Shown here: positions 1 to 10,857 of the stretch, piece after piece
How the letters are laid out: each line of letters opens with the position of its first letter
How positions within the stretch are numbered: position 1 is the stretch's first letter
Virus record (IMG/VR): IMGVR_UViG_3300028888_000001
Source of the DNA: a virus
Taxonomy: Duplodnaviria > Caudoviricetes
Direction: 5' to 3' (one strand)
Length of the DNA: 64,000 bases
Position numbers and translations under genes: made by a program
Notes under the pieces: model-generated
What the model saw: the letters and a program-made list of their open reading frames with translations, nothing else
What the model was told of the DNA's origin: nothing
Database searches by the model: none

Positions 1-1
1 T

Positions 2-208
2 CTATTTTTCTGTGAGCAACCGCAGAATTACATGAGCGACGATCTTTATGTAGATCAAGTTACTTCTATTAATGAGGTTGATACTTCTATAGAGATGCTT
101 GAGCTTACTGGAGAAGAAACCAAAGAAGACAAATTGATGGCTAAACTGGAAGAGCTCATGAATAAAGAGAAGGAGATTGAAGATGCAGGTAAGAAATCTG
201 AAGATTAA
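2..208 (+). CDS. 3' end of a hypothetical acidic protein (partial, runs off window)
   Basis: Frame 2 is open from the window edge (LFFCEQPQNYMSDD...) to TAA at 206-208; overlaps the next gene's start. Confidence 0.6.
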   Translation, partial: LFFCEQPQNYMSDDLYVDQVTSINEVDTSIEMLELTGEETKEDKLMAKLEELMNKEKEIEDAGKKSED

Positions 209-653
209 TTCGTGCTTTAAAAATACATCTAAGATTAGTTTTGTCTTAGGCGTTTATAGTGGTTATGGTCATAATAATATGAATGCTAATATGACTCAGT
301 ATTCATATGACGATGTGTGTAGAACTATAATCGAATTTATAGAAGAGAATAAGCAGATAATTGGAGAGGTTAGTTGGACTATTGAGCCTGTTAGATGCTT
401 ATATTCTCCAAAATACGGATGCCCTGAAGTAGGTGAACATGCTTATAGATTATCGAGTGTTTACAATCCGGCGTATGAATCAACTGAAAAAGATTGGTTC
501 GATTCTTGTATTTGTCATGCCTATTATTTAGCTAAACATTTTGGGCAGTCTACTGTAACAATAGAATATATTGAGGGAGAATCAAATAAACCAATGCCAG
601 CACAGCTTGGGGTTATGTATATTAAAATAAATGAAGACGTAATAGAAGAATAA
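183..653 (+). CDS. hypothetical protein
   Basis: ORF track 177..653; AGGAG at 171-175 favours ATG 183; followed by hairpin 663-689. Confidence 0.7.
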   Translation: MQVRNLKINSCFKNTSKISFVLGVYSGYGHNNMNANMTQYSYDDVCRTIIEFIEENKQIIGEVSWTIEPVRCLYSPKYGCPEVGEHAYRLSSVYNPAYESTEKDWFDSCICHAYYLAKHFGQSTVTIEYIEGESNKPMPAQLGVMYIKINEDVIEE

Positions 654-705
654 AAATATAATTCCAGAGAGGTTTTTGACCTCTCTGGATTGTATTGGAG
701 GTACT

Positions 706-2226
706 ATGGATAAAATAGTTTTAAAGCATTCTCGTATAGAGATAAACAATTATGAGCTTGATGACGCTCCACGTATTGAATGGTTGTTTTCTGTATGGAA
801 TCAAATCTATCATACTAATTTTCCAAAGTGTATAGATTATGATAAAGATAGAAAAGTCTTATTTCTCCCTAGAGGAATGGACATAGAAATGCTTAAAAGT
901 ACATTTATGGCTGAGCCTAGAGTTGATACTAAATGTGATCCATATGTAAATACAGATCCAATACCGATTAAGTATTTAACTAAAGACGAACGCCAGATGA
1001 ATATTTTAAGCTTTATTCTCGGTGAGGGTAAATACAAATTCACAAGAACTAAATCACAGCTTGGAATAAACTCAACCACTGGATCTGGTAAAACATTCGT
1101 TACCGTTGCAGCAATATGTTATACTGGTGCTAGAGCTATAATTATTACTAGCTCTACAAACTGGCTGGAACAATGGAAGAATCGAATTTTAGAGTATACC
1201 AGCTTAAAAGAAAAAGACATATATATGATTATAGGTAAACCTCAGATCGATAAATTGCTGGCTAGAGATCCATTACAATATCAGATTTTCTTAGCATCGC
1301 ATTCTACCATAAAATCATATGGAGATAAAAATGGATGGTATGCTGTAGATGAACTATTTAAATATCTTCAGGTATCTATTAAAGTATTTGATGAAGCACA
1401 TCTTTATATAGACAATATGGCTAAGATAGATTTTCATTCTAATACTAAAAAAACACTGTATCTTACAGCAACGCCAGAGCGGTCTAATAAAGATGAAGAC
1501 GTTGTTTACCAAGAATACTTTAAAAATGTACCGCAGATTGATTTATTTGATGAGCAGAATGATCCTCATGTGAATTATGTTTCTTTATTATTTAAATCTC
1601 ATCCTAGCCCATATGATGTGCAAAAGTTTTCTGTTGGACAGTTTAAGTTTGATAGGAATATTTATACATCATACTTGATAGAAAGACCAAACTTTAAGAA
1701 ACTAGTGACTATACTTATAGACATGACTTTACCATTAAATGGAAAAGTATTAATCTATATCGGTACTAATGATGCTATCATTAAAGTCTATAACTATATA
1801 CTCTCTGAGTTTGAATTCCTTGAAGGCCACGTTGGTATCTATACTAGTATATCCAATCCAGCAACTAAAGAACTTGAGTTAACAAAGAAATATATACTTT
1901 CTACTACAAAATCATGTGGCGCGGCTCAAGACATTAGAGATCTTGCAGCGACTATAGTGTTAGCTGAGCCGTTTAAATCTCCAGTACTAGCAAGACAAAC
2001 CTTAGGTAGATGCAGGAATGATAATACTCTGTATATAGATTGTACGGACTTATCTTGCTATAGGACTAAGATTTACATGAAGCAGAAAAAGAATATATTC
2101 TTGCAGTATGCTAAATCATGTAGAGAAGTATTAATGGATGATGACCAGTTAGATTCTGAGGTTGATCGTATCCATGAGAAATATGGTAAAAAGAAAGTAA
2201 TGATGATGAGAGTTTGGAAGGAGTGA
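706..2226 (+). CDS. superfamily 2 (DEAH) helicase, UvsW/ResIII-like
   Basis: Walker A STTGSGKT, motif II FDEAH, motif III TAT, motif VI QTLGRCR; GGAGG before ATG 706. Confidence 0.9.
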   Translation: MDKIVLKHSRIEINNYELDDAPRIEWLFSVWNQIYHTNFPKCIDYDKDRKVLFLPRGMDIEMLKSTFMAEPRVDTKCDPYVNTDPIPIKYLTKDERQMNILSFILGEGKYKFTRTKSQLGINSTTGSGKTFVTVAAICYTGARAIIITSSTNWLEQWKNRILEYTSLKEKDIYMIIGKPQIDKLLARDPLQYQIFLASHSTIKSYGDKNGWYAVDELFKYLQVSIKVFDEAHLYIDNMAKIDFHSNTKKTLYLTATPERSNKDEDVVYQEYFKNVPQIDLFDEQNDPHVNYVSLLFKSHPSPYDVQKFSVGQFKFDRNIYTSYLIERPNFKKLVTILIDMTLPLNGKVLIYIGTNDAIIKVYNYILSEFEFLEGHVGIYTSISNPATKELELTKKYILSTTKSCGAAQDIRDLAATIVLAEPFKSPVLARQTLGRCRNDNTLYIDCTDLSCYRTKIYMKQKKNIFLQYAKSCREVLMDDDQLDSEVDRIHEKYGKKKVMMMRVWKE

Positions 2227-2233
2227 TTTTTAA

Positions 2234-2404
2234 ATGGAATGGATTGTTGAGGTTGCCATAGACAAGAACAACGGCAATGGTTATAGCGCACTTTATACAG
2301 TCGATGGTGAGAATGAAGCTATGGCGAGAGCACAAGCTATAGATATAGCTTTCGCGGTGAAAGATGTATGTAAAGCCGTTGTTCGTTCTATAAAAGCTAA
2401 ATAA
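2234..2404 (+). CDS. small hypothetical protein (56 aa, MEWIVEVAIDKN...; not in ORF track)
   Basis: AAGGAG overlapping helicase stop, ATG 2234, TAA 2402-2404; fills the gap exactly. Confidence 0.65.
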   Translation: MEWIVEVAIDKNNGNGYSALYTVDGENEAMARAQAIDIAFAVKDVCKAVVRSIKAK

Positions 2405-2405
2405 A

Positions 2406-2417
2406 TTATATATTATA
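2406..2417 (+). promoter_or_regulatory. early-type promoter motif TTATATATTATA (first of 13 copies)
   Basis: Other copies at 3803, 6754 (C variant), 10974, 17916 and 19846 (TTGTATATTATA), 24192, 29254, 35503, 37392, 41332, 44597 (+) and 62186-62197 (-); all intergenic and upstream of non-structural genes. Confidence 0.8.
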
Positions 2418-2442
2418 AAAATAAATCATGCGGAGAATAAAA

Positions 2443-2883
2443 ATGTCAAGAAGGTTTTTACAAGATGTTTTAGGTATAGGATATAAATACTATCATTTGA
2501 AAAATAAGAAGAAATTACCAATAAATAACCAATGCTCATTAAGAGCATTGGTTAAGGTTTCCGGTGATGAGGTTAATAACGTATATAAAAATCTGTATAA
2601 GACTGCAGAGAAGTATAATGATTTTCCTGATAACGTAACGATTATCAAGAAGACAGCTAAAAAGTATTATAGAATGAGTGGTTTGAATATGGACGAATAT
2701 CCACTAGTGGCAACATTCTGTTCTGAGCATAAGATGGGTTCATTCATTATATTTATTCAATCTCATTGTTTTGCTTATGTAAATGGTGTAATCTATGATA
2801 GTATAAGCAATGGAGATAAGTGTACCAAAGAGACTATAGAATGGGTACTTACGCAAGATATATTAGATGTAATAAAAAAATAA
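2443..2883 (+). CDS. hypothetical early protein, possible Cys-His-Asp peptidase-like fold
   Basis: QCSLRAL ... SHCFAYVNGVIYDS pattern; GGAG before ATG 2443. Confidence 0.55.
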   Translation: MSRRFLQDVLGIGYKYYHLKNKKKLPINNQCSLRALVKVSGDEVNNVYKNLYKTAEKYNDFPDNVTIIKKTAKKYYRMSGLNMDEYPLVATFCSEHKMGSFIIFIQSHCFAYVNGVIYDSISNGDKCTKETIEWVLTQDILDVIKK

Positions 2884-2928
2884 TATAACAAGCACACTCT
2901 TATAATACCTAAAGGAGGGAAAGATACA

Positions 2929-3753
2929 ATGACAAAACTAGAGGTTGACTTTTTTAGATACTGTTGTAGACAAGCTGATTATGAAAAATCTCTCATGACT
3001 GTATATACTATAACAGATCTTGATCAACAATCAGATGGCTTTAGCTTATTAGTAACAATCATAAATTGGAACGTCAGAATATATTTTCAAAAGCATATTA
3101 CTTTAATGATATTAGATTATGCGTTTAAAAACTCTATATCTAAATCAGAGCTTCTTACTATAGCTAATAGGTGGCTTAATGAAGGTTTATTGGAAAAGAA
3201 TATATGGTGTAATGAAGGAAGCAGTTACAGATACAATTTCTGCTTTGGGAAGATTGGTAAGTATATTAGTAAGTATTATGATATATGCCCCATGCGTGTT
3301 ATTAATAAGCTTAATATCACTAATACTGATAATTTACCATGGTCTAAACCGAGTTATGAATATTTTAAAGCGTCTGTAAGCAACTTAGAGAGAAAATGTT
3401 TCAGATTCTTTGTAAGAAATTGTGTAAAGAAGAAATCTAGATATGATGAGAACGGCTTCTGGATTAAGATAGATGATTTCGATAAACTCTATAAGAACTG
3501 GACTGGCAGAACTCATCATACTGTATGCAGCAAGAACTTAACGAAGAAGTTTATTCATAAATGGAAAAATCTTGGCATCTATAGCACTGAGCAAGAAAAA
3601 GCTTTATACAAAAAAGAGCGTGTTAATAACTATAGCGTTATTAAGCTTAGCGAAGACAATAAAGCTCATGTTAGATATATCAGAATTTTACCTGGGAATA
3701 TCTATAAAGAACTTATTAAGGAGTATACAGATAGCTTTGATGCTAATGAGTGA
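2929..3753 (+). CDS. hypothetical protein
   Basis: 274-aa ORF with AAGGAGG RBS; terminator hairpin at 3761-3786. Confidence 0.75.
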   Translation: MTKLEVDFFRYCCRQADYEKSLMTVYTITDLDQQSDGFSLLVTIINWNVRIYFQKHITLMILDYAFKNSISKSELLTIANRWLNEGLLEKNIWCNEGSSYRYNFCFGKIGKYISKYYDICPMRVINKLNITNTDNLPWSKPSYEYFKASVSNLERKCFRFFVRNCVKKKSRYDENGFWIKIDDFDKLYKNWTGRTHHTVCSKNLTKKFIHKWKNLGIYSTEQEKALYKKERVNNYSVIKLSEDNKAHVRYIRILPGNIYKELIKEYTDSFDANE

Positions 3754-3760
3754 AAAATAG

Positions 3761-3786
3761 TCCGGTAGGGAGAAATCCCTACCGGA
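3761..3786. terminator. GC-rich hairpin terminator with GAAA tetraloop
   Basis: TCCGGTAGGGA-GAAA-TCCCTACCGGA. Confidence 0.7.
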
Positions 3787-3872
3787 GTAAAATGAATTTT
3801 GATTATATATTATAAATGTGTAATCATACTACATGACAACATTTGTTTTATAAAGAAAGAGAGGAAATAAAA

Positions 3873-4895
3873 ATGTTAACTATGAATCAAAAATGGGCAA
3901 TGGCATTTATGATAGCTGAGAGAAATCTGAGAGAACGGCCTGCTGTTCAGATTATAAATATGACCAATAGGTTACCGGCACCAAAACCGATGCCGTATAA
4001 TCCTGTAGAAAAGCCTGTGCGAGTAGTCAAAACTACAGAGCAGAAGAACGTTGTTGGGCAGACTGCATCTAGAGACCTTAATGCTCAGAAAAAACCCGAA
4101 AGCAAAAAGAACGATACAGTAGAGGTTATGCAAGAGCCAGTTATATCTGAAAGAGATCTTCGTGATATGGTTGAAGCTCCGATTGCATCAATCGACTTTA
4201 AGGCGTTTGATGTGGTTAAAAACTTCGTAGCACCACAGCAGCCACAGCCTACAAACGCAAAAACAATCTTGCACAATGTGATTAATAATGGAGAGCAGAA
4301 TACTCAGACTATGCAGGCGCAGATGCAGCAGCAGGGCCCTGCAAATATCGAGGCTGAAGTTGTACCTCAGATTGATGTGCGTGCTATTAACAATAGCATC
4401 ACATCATTACGGACTTACGAAGAAAAAGCTAACTTCGTGAGGGAATGCCTTGCAACCGATAAGTTTCCGATTATCGATGGGTTGTATAACATAACGCCTG
4501 CTGATAAAAAAGAACGTCTGAAAAAGAGCGTCAATTTCTACACAGACGGTAACAAGCGTGAGATATATGATCTCGAAGCTACAGCTTTGCTGGCAGTGTT
4601 GTTTCATGGCAACACCAGAAGAGAGATCGAAAGGCGTTTTGGAACTCCAGATCGTGTAGTTGGGCTGAACAAGTATTACAAGTTCGTCGAAGTAGAGCCT
4701 ACGAAATATCCTGAATTAAGAAGAGAGGGGTATTCATGGATCTTTGAAGTACCAAGTGAAAATGGGACTCCGGTTGTTATTGCGGTAGATCCCGTGCCGG
4801 TGCTTTATGAGTATATCGACAATAAGCAGACCGGCAAAAAGAAATATAGCTGGAACTTCAAGAAGAAAGTGCTTACTGGAAATGAAGCCAAGTAA
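3873..4895 (+). CDS. hypothetical early protein (Q/P-rich N-terminal half)
   Basis: Early motif at 3803; GAGG RBS before ATG 3873; terminator at 4921-4962. Confidence 0.75.
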   Translation: MLTMNQKWAMAFMIAERNLRERPAVQIINMTNRLPAPKPMPYNPVEKPVRVVKTTEQKNVVGQTASRDLNAQKKPESKKNDTVEVMQEPVISERDLRDMVEAPIASIDFKAFDVVKNFVAPQQPQPTNAKTILHNVINNGEQNTQTMQAQMQQQGPANIEAEVVPQIDVRAINNSITSLRTYEEKANFVRECLATDKFPIIDGLYNITPADKKERLKKSVNFYTDGNKREIYDLEATALLAVLFHGNTRREIERRFGTPDRVVGLNKYYKFVEVEPTKYPELRREGYSWIFEVPSENGTPVVIAVDPVPVLYEYIDNKQTGKKKYSWNFKKKVLTGNEAK

Positions 4896-4977
4896 ACAAT
4901 TAAAAGTATGATTACAAATAAATAAACCCGGCTTAGACGAAAGTTAAACCGGGTTTATTTTTTGTTAGGAGAATAAA

Positions 4978-5673
4978 ATGAGCAAAGAAATGATACAGGA
5001 TATAACTGACTACAAGAGAGTAATATTAGATTTAATGTGGATATCGAATAATCATAGTTTAAAGTTTATTGCGGATCTATATAAAAGCGATGGTTTAGCT
5101 ATTAAATGCTACCACACTAATGTATATATGAGAATAAACTGGAATTTAGCCATAATGGGAGGTAAAGATACAGAATTTTCAGAGAAAACTAATTTTCTGA
5201 TAAATCAGTCTAATATACAACAGTTTAGATTATTGATAAAGAATATAGTCTTATTATTTACATCTAGTGAGTATAAAAATCTGTTCTATAAGTCTGGCGA
5301 GAATGTATATGTGAATAAAAATATTACAGTTCCAGACTTAGCGATACTAGATAGATTCAGCGAGCATAAACTAACAGTTTTCCCAGCGGTAAATGATAAT
5401 AGAGAAACTGGAGTTATATTTATATTTGATAAGGGTGAGCCTATATTTGTTATATCGCATGTGATATTGAATATGGACTATATATTGTCTACATTTAATC
5501 CATATCAAATGGCTATGGAATTAATAAATTATGCCACTATGACATCTATGGTTAATGATAATGTATCTGGAGATATAAAGCCATTACCAAAGAAAAATCT
5601 TAATGGCTATAGTAATTCTAATTCATTCTTAGCAAAAACACATGCTGTGAAAAGAGTTGATGATTCTCTATGA
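4978..5673 (+). CDS. hypothetical protein
   Basis: 231-aa ORF, AGGAG RBS. Confidence 0.75.
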   Translation: MSKEMIQDITDYKRVILDLMWISNNHSLKFIADLYKSDGLAIKCYHTNVYMRINWNLAIMGGKDTEFSEKTNFLINQSNIQQFRLLIKNIVLLFTSSEYKNLFYKSGENVYVNKNITVPDLAILDRFSEHKLTVFPAVNDNRETGVIFIFDKGEPIFVISHVILNMDYILSTFNPYQMAMELINYATMTSMVNDNVSGDIKPLPKKNLNGYSNSNSFLAKTHAVKRVDDSL

Positions 5674-5864
5674 TTCTGAATATGGATGAAGCACATGAGG
5701 AGCTACTATCATTATATGAATTCTATTTTTCTCCAACTTATTATTCTATTAACGATAAAGAGAAAATAAGAGTAATAAAAAGAATAAGAATGCTGGAGCT
5801 TTATATGAATAGAAGTATCAACCAAGAGTTTCAAAATCAGTTTAAAGATTCGGTAGGCCAATAA
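5670..5864 (+). CDS. small hypothetical protein
   Basis: ATGA overlap with upstream stop. Confidence 0.55.
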   Translation: MILNMDEAHEELLSLYEFYFSPTYYSINDKEKIRVIKRIRMLELYMNRSINQEFQNQFKDSVGQ

Positions 5865-5887
5865 AGCCTACCGAATTTATTTTTTTG
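5848..5887. terminator. terminator between convergent genes
   Basis: ATTCGGTAGGC-N7-GCCTACCGAAT followed by a T-tract. Confidence 0.75.
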
Positions 5888-5889
5888 TG

Positions 5890-6684
5890 TTATACTGTAT
5901 ATATAATTGGTTGATACTCATTTGCTGTCGTTGTATGCGCTTCGTCGAGTTCACGAACAATATCATCATGTTTATTAGTCCATTCTTGCAACGTGTCTAA
6001 TTGTAAAGATAATGTAGCATATGTAGTATCCATATTATCATAATATTTAAGCACTTGCCATATAGCGGTAGCAACATCGCTAATGGCCAATTTTTCGAAT
6101 GACTCCATTAGTGTAGGTGAGATGGTCCAAAGACCGGGGTGTTGTATGAGTACTTTCAATGGGAATGGCCTATGAGCGGAAATAGGAAATCCATTTACAG
6201 ATACCAATTTAATCTTATTAGGATATTCCCACTCAATATAAATTCCCAAATTAAAGAGTGACATCAGGTCATTTCCCACGGAGGTTAATGCGACATCGTC
6301 AACGGCCACCTCTCTGGCGAGGTAATCAAGAGAGAACACCGACATTCCATATCGATCTAATCTTGGATCACTTCTATAAGCTTCCCAATTTATGTCACGT
6401 ACGCCTAAGATTACAGTTCCCTCAGGAAGATCTTGATCTATAAATTGCCACCCATCTTTATTTGGTTGAGGTCTAACTAAAACTGTTATACAGTATGGAA
6501 AATATCTACTAAATGTAGGTATAGTATCTTCCATAATTATATTGGGCCAGTCTTCTTTATGTAGATTATCTGGTAGTGGTATTACAGATAGTCCTAATCG
6601 TCTTTCTATTTTATTTACTAAAAGAGTCATTTGATTGGCATTATGGCCAACCAACCCATACTTATTCATATTATCTTGAGCCAT
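5890..6684 (-). CDS. late virion structural protein (possible neck/head-tail adaptor)
   Basis: Late promoter GACA-ATAAAA-TA at 6724-6713; AAGGAG RBS; function inferred only from size and context. Confidence 0.6.
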   Translation of the reverse strand: MAQDNMNKYGLVGHNANQMTLLVNKIERRLGLSVIPLPDNLHKEDWPNIIMEDTIPTFSRYFPYCITVLVRPQPNKDGWQFIDQDLPEGTVILGVRDINWEAYRSDPRLDRYGMSVFSLDYLAREVAVDDVALTSVGNDLMSLFNLGIYIEWEYPNKIKLVSVNGFPISAHRPFPLKVLIQHPGLWTISPTLMESFEKLAISDVATAIWQVLKYYDNMDTTYATLSLQLDTLQEWTNKHDDIVRELDEAHTTTANEYQPIIYTV

Positions 6685-6829
6685 AATATCAATTCTCCTT
6701 TGGAATAATAATTATTTTATTGTCCGGCTAGCACTTATAAAAAATATTTTTAACTATATATTATATATTTGTAGAGATACTCAAGTATATCTACGTAAAC
6801 TATTGTTTTTAAAAGAAAGGGGCTTTAAA

Positions 6830-7390
6830 ATGAAAAATGAAGAACTGTTAAATGATATCGACGCATTGTTGAAAAAGTACAACGTCGGGGACGAGACAAC
6901 TTTAATGTACATCAAAAATATCGTATCGTATGGAACGAAGATTGATGTAGACTGTATTACTTATCCGGATGCTAAAAAACGATTCCCGAATATTAGAGAA
7001 TGGAACGGTATTCCGGTATCATATCTTGATGATCTCTGTGAATACCATCTGATTCCAATTAGGATAGAAAGTAGATCTATCGATGATATTATATTTACTT
7101 ATCTTGTTTGTGAAGATGAGGACGGTCATAGAGGATATTTAGACATCAGCAATGATGAATACACACAGGCATTTGTAGATCATAGTTTCTTTAATATCGA
7201 TGTGATGACTGACACGTATTTCAGATGGAAGAAGTTTATCTGTAAATGGCTCTTCAGTGTTAGGGCTATAGAATTGCATTGGATGTATGAGCATGCCAGT
7301 GTTGAAGATCGTGAAGATCCAATATTCGAGGATGTGATTAAAAACTATAATGAAGCATCTGAATTCTTTAGGATTGGTAGCAATGAATGA
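6830..7390 (+). CDS. hypothetical early protein
   Basis: Early motif at 6754; AGAAAGGGG RBS before ATG 6830. Confidence 0.75.
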   Translation: MKNEELLNDIDALLKKYNVGDETTLMYIKNIVSYGTKIDVDCITYPDAKKRFPNIREWNGIPVSYLDDLCEYHLIPIRIESRSIDDIIFTYLVCEDEDGHRGYLDISNDEYTQAFVDHSFFNIDVMTDTYFRWKKFICKWLFSVRAIELHWMYEHASVEDREDPIFEDVIKNYNEASEFFRIGSNE

Positions 7391-8168
7391 TAAAAACGCA
7401 ATAAATATTTTCATAGAAAGAGTATTCAATTATCTAAATGGTAGAGTGAATATATTTAACCGCCCGGCTGTTTTGGAGATAGATTGGACACCTTGCTTTG
7501 ATAGCTCTGTTGGTGCTGCAGCTAGAAATCCAAACAGAGTAATTATATTTCCTGAGGTGATAAAGCGATTCTTTCCAAATGAATATGATTTCTATTATAA
7601 TATAATAATTTCTTTGATCCATGAGTTGCATCATGTCGATCAGGTTATAGATTATATAGAAATGACAAAGAATCCAAATTATCTGAATGACATAGAATAT
7701 TGCGTAGAGTTTAATAGCTATATGTACATGGCCAATAATCAGATAGCCATAGAACAAGCTATTGGATTTCGCGATATTCATGAGTTTACAGAATATATGC
7801 CAAATATAACAAAATATGAGGTTGGTCATATTTTCCATAGAAGAGATTATCCAACTCATATCATATCAATGATGCAAGACATGGTAAGACAGCATAGATG
7901 CCAATTTTATGATGATATCATGTCTACATTTATGATTCCAGATTCTATTATATCTCTTATTATCAATGATAAGATGCTAGATATAAAGATAGGATTGGAG
8001 TGTTGTCCTCTAACGTTGTTAAACAATATTCTAGAAGAAGAGTATTATAAATACAACTATCGAAGGGCATCTGTAAAATATAACTTAGTTACTAACCCAG
8101 TACAGAAGATGGTTATAAAAATCGACTGCTGTGGGAAAAATATCTTAGGATACAAGAAAGGAGAATAA
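7383..8168 (+). CDS. HEXXH zinc-metalloprotease-like protein
   Basis: SLIHELHH motif followed by a downstream Glu (IEYCVE). Confidence 0.55.
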   Translation: MNDKNAINIFIERVFNYLNGRVNIFNRPAVLEIDWTPCFDSSVGAAARNPNRVIIFPEVIKRFFPNEYDFYYNIIISLIHELHHVDQVIDYIEMTKNPNYLNDIEYCVEFNSYMYMANNQIAIEQAIGFRDIHEFTEYMPNITKYEVGHIFHRRDYPTHIISMMQDMVRQHRCQFYDDIMSTFMIPDSIISLIINDKMLDIKIGLECCPLTLLNNILEEEYYKYNYRRASVKYNLVTNPVQKMVIKIDCCGKNILGYKKGE

Positions 8169-8169
8169 G

Positions 8170-9165
8170 ATGAATAATACAACTAAAATGATCGGTTATC
8201 TAGAAAGTGCCGGTATTGGATTCTATGCAACATACAGTGTTGCTGTACTGAGACATATGATATGCATGGGTATTAATCCAGTAGATGCAGATGTTAACAA
8301 AGACACAATAGTTTTTGTCAAAGGCAATATTAAAAAGACAGCTAAGAGCCCGACAAATCTCGGAAAGCTTTCTGCTGATATGTTTTATGAAAGCATGCTG
8401 TCTAAACCAGAAGCGCTGGAAGCATTCAAGGAAGCCGTCAACTCACTGTCCAAAGGGCAATTCAAGATCAGGAAAATTGTTGACGAGCATGATCAGTTTG
8501 CCATTACCAATATATATTTCTACAGGCTGTTCTCCAATGGAGAGATGGGATTACTTAGAGAGTTCTATGGAGACTTTATAAAGCAGTTTTCCTTAAGAGT
8601 AGAAGCAGATGCAACCCGTAACGGTCTTGGAGTAGATTCACCAACTAACAATGATGAAAATCTTCTTCTTAAAAATAAGACAGATAAGACGGAAGAGTTT
8701 CTGAAGAAAGATGACTTTGAGTGGCTAAAGAAGAATAAAGAGGCTTATAATGGAACCAGAGAAAATCAAAAGGATTCTGAGATTCGTGGATTTAGTGTTA
8801 ATGATATTGATATTCCTTCGGTTGCTCAGTTTGTTACACAGCGTTATGATGTTAATATAGACGAAGACAAGCTGAAAGAGTTGACCAAGAAATACAAGAA
8901 CAATCTGTACAGCTCTATCAAGTGCAGTAATCCGCCAGATCAGGTTGATTTTAGCGAATATCGGAATACCGCCGTTAAAATCACATTCAATCATATAGAT
9001 AAACCCACCGTAAGATATTTTACATATGGGTATATTGATAAGGATGGAATTCTGTATATCTTTTGCGACGAATCATTCTCATTCATTACCGATGTTGATA
9101 TTGAAATCTTGCCAATGAGTAAGAAGAAGCTCATGAAAATCTTAGGCATCAAGAAAAGTAAATAA
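8170..9165 (+). CDS. hypothetical protein
   Basis: 331-aa ORF, AAAGGAG RBS; hairpin at 9171-9197. Confidence 0.75.
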   Translation: MNNTTKMIGYLESAGIGFYATYSVAVLRHMICMGINPVDADVNKDTIVFVKGNIKKTAKSPTNLGKLSADMFYESMLSKPEALEAFKEAVNSLSKGQFKIRKIVDEHDQFAITNIYFYRLFSNGEMGLLREFYGDFIKQFSLRVEADATRNGLGVDSPTNNDENLLLKNKTDKTEEFLKKDDFEWLKKNKEAYNGTRENQKDSEIRGFSVNDIDIPSVAQFVTQRYDVNIDEDKLKELTKKYKNNLYSSIKCSNPPDQVDFSEYRNTAVKITFNHIDKPTVRYFTYGYIDKDGILYIFCDESFSFITDVDIEILPMSKKKLMKILGIKKSK

Positions 9166-9221
9166 TATATAGGGGAGCGGATTAAATCCGCTCCCTTAAT
9201 TTTTAAGAGGGGAAGAACAAG

Positions 9222-9959
9222 ATGAAACTTAACAAAGCGTACTCAATATTTGAGTCAAATAATTCGCTTATGTTTAACAATATAGTGTCGAAGCCATACG
9301 CTGATCTCATGATAAAATATGAACCAGAAACAGTGTATCGTATTAGAAAGCATGATAGTGCTGTAAGCGTTCTTGAGAAGCGTTACACAACAGATTGGAC
9401 GTATGAATTTGTAGCAACTAAAGAAATACAGAGAGAAGATCTTCATAACGATGAGAACTATATTTTTGTCGATAATGAAATCGTCTATTCTGGTGTTGTA
9501 GCAACAAATATACCATCGAAAAACGCAATGGACAAAATATCAGCATTTGTTTCAGATCCGGAGTTTGATTTCGCTGATCTGATTACATGTAAATCTGCTG
9601 AGGAATATGCTGAAGTCTCTAGATGGCTTGAGTATGATTATTCTTTCCATATTACTGAGGCTGTAGTCGTAAGGGAAGAAAATAAAATCTTAAAAGATTT
9701 ACGCTTACAGCAGATCAATATTCCATATATAAGTCATACTGAAATCGGCGATATGGTATTTGTTGAGTTCAAGCTTAATGATGATACAATCATCACAGGC
9801 GAACGTCTTAGGCAATTCAGGAAAATCGCCAATAAAGCAATATCAGCGTTGTTTAACAAAGTATTCAATACTAGAGCTGTTAGCTTTAGAATATTCTCAA
9901 CAAATGAACCGTATAAAACACCGGCTGTAGTACAAGACAACAAGAAATATATGCACTAA
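9222..9959 (+). CDS. hypothetical protein
   Basis: 245-aa ORF, GAGGGG RBS; terminator at 9976-10012. Confidence 0.75.
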   Translation: MKLNKAYSIFESNNSLMFNNIVSKPYADLMIKYEPETVYRIRKHDSAVSVLEKRYTTDWTYEFVATKEIQREDLHNDENYIFVDNEIVYSGVVATNIPSKNAMDKISAFVSDPEFDFADLITCKSAEEYAEVSRWLEYDYSFHITEAVVVREENKILKDLRLQQINIPYISHTEIGDMVFVEFKLNDDTIITGERLRQFRKIANKAISALFNKVFNTRAVSFRIFSTNEPYKTPAVVQDNKKYMH

Positions 9960-10011
9960 TAAAATCTCAATATTGGCCAGGAGGGGCAAAACCCTCCTGG
10001 CTTTTATTTTT

Positions 10012-10857
10012 TTATCCACAGATATAGTCCATAATGAGATTATCAACATAATCTTCTAATTGTAATTTGAATCTATCACCAAAAGCGTTGGTAAGAACAA
10101 CGTATTTACCATTTTCTGAGAGAGTGATCTTATCTGCAATTTTATTAAATGTTTCTAATACAGCACTAATGTTGGCAGACTCTCTCTGTAATTTATTAAG
10201 AACCATCTGCGCATCAGAACCGGTAAGATTAATAATTCTTCCAGTTTCGTTGTATTTAGTAAAATCCTCATGCTTAACCGTATTAGGATCAATATCACAA
10301 GACAGAGCAGATTCAGAAATAATTTTAGTCGTATATGCGGGGGAGTGGGAGGGGAAGATTACCTGGTCGTATGTAATAATTCGTACTCCTCGGACGTATG
10401 CTTTCCCATTTACGTTCTCGATAGCTCCAAGAGCACGTAGAGAGAATGCTGGTTTTGCACCATCTCTAAGTTCCTGATCAACAAAATTTCCATATTCGTT
10501 TAAGGTTCCTTTATATTGACCCTTGACTAAATTGCCTTCTACCCAAATTTTTAAGAAAGACACACAGGCTAATTTCTTATCAATAGTCTGCTGTCTTACT
10601 AAATCATCCGATAGTGGATGAGACATCTCTCCGTACATCTGTCCGGCTTTAATGAGTTCTTTAAGCCTAGCCCCATTAATTTCTGGCTCTATATCTTTCT
10701 TAGCATAGATACGATGATTTCTATTTTCAACTTCAAGATCTTGAAGTGTGGCTTCAGCTATTACTCTTTTAGAAGTAGATCCACTGATAATCATCGTATC
10801 TTCCGCAGAGTGGTCGATTCCTTCAAGAATAATACTACCAATAACGTTATCATTCAT
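10012..10857 (-). CDS. prohead core protease (T4 gp21-like)
   Basis: ENRNHRIY, MYGEMSHP, AFSLRALG, TYDQVIFPSH motifs; late promoter AACA-TTAACA-TA at 10924-10913. Confidence 0.88.
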   Translation of the reverse strand: MNDNVIGSIILEGIDHSAEDTMIISGSTSKRVIAEATLQDLEVENRNHRIYAKKDIEPEINGARLKELIKAGQMYGEMSHPLSDDLVRQQTIDKKLACVSFLKIWVEGNLVKGQYKGTLNEYGNFVDQELRDGAKPAFSLRALGAIENVNGKAYVRGVRIITYDQVIFPSHSPAYTTKIISESALSCDIDPNTVKHEDFTKYNETGRIINLTGSDAQMVLNKLQRESANISAVLETFNKIADKITLSENGKYVVLTNAFGDRFKLQLEDYVDNLIMDYICG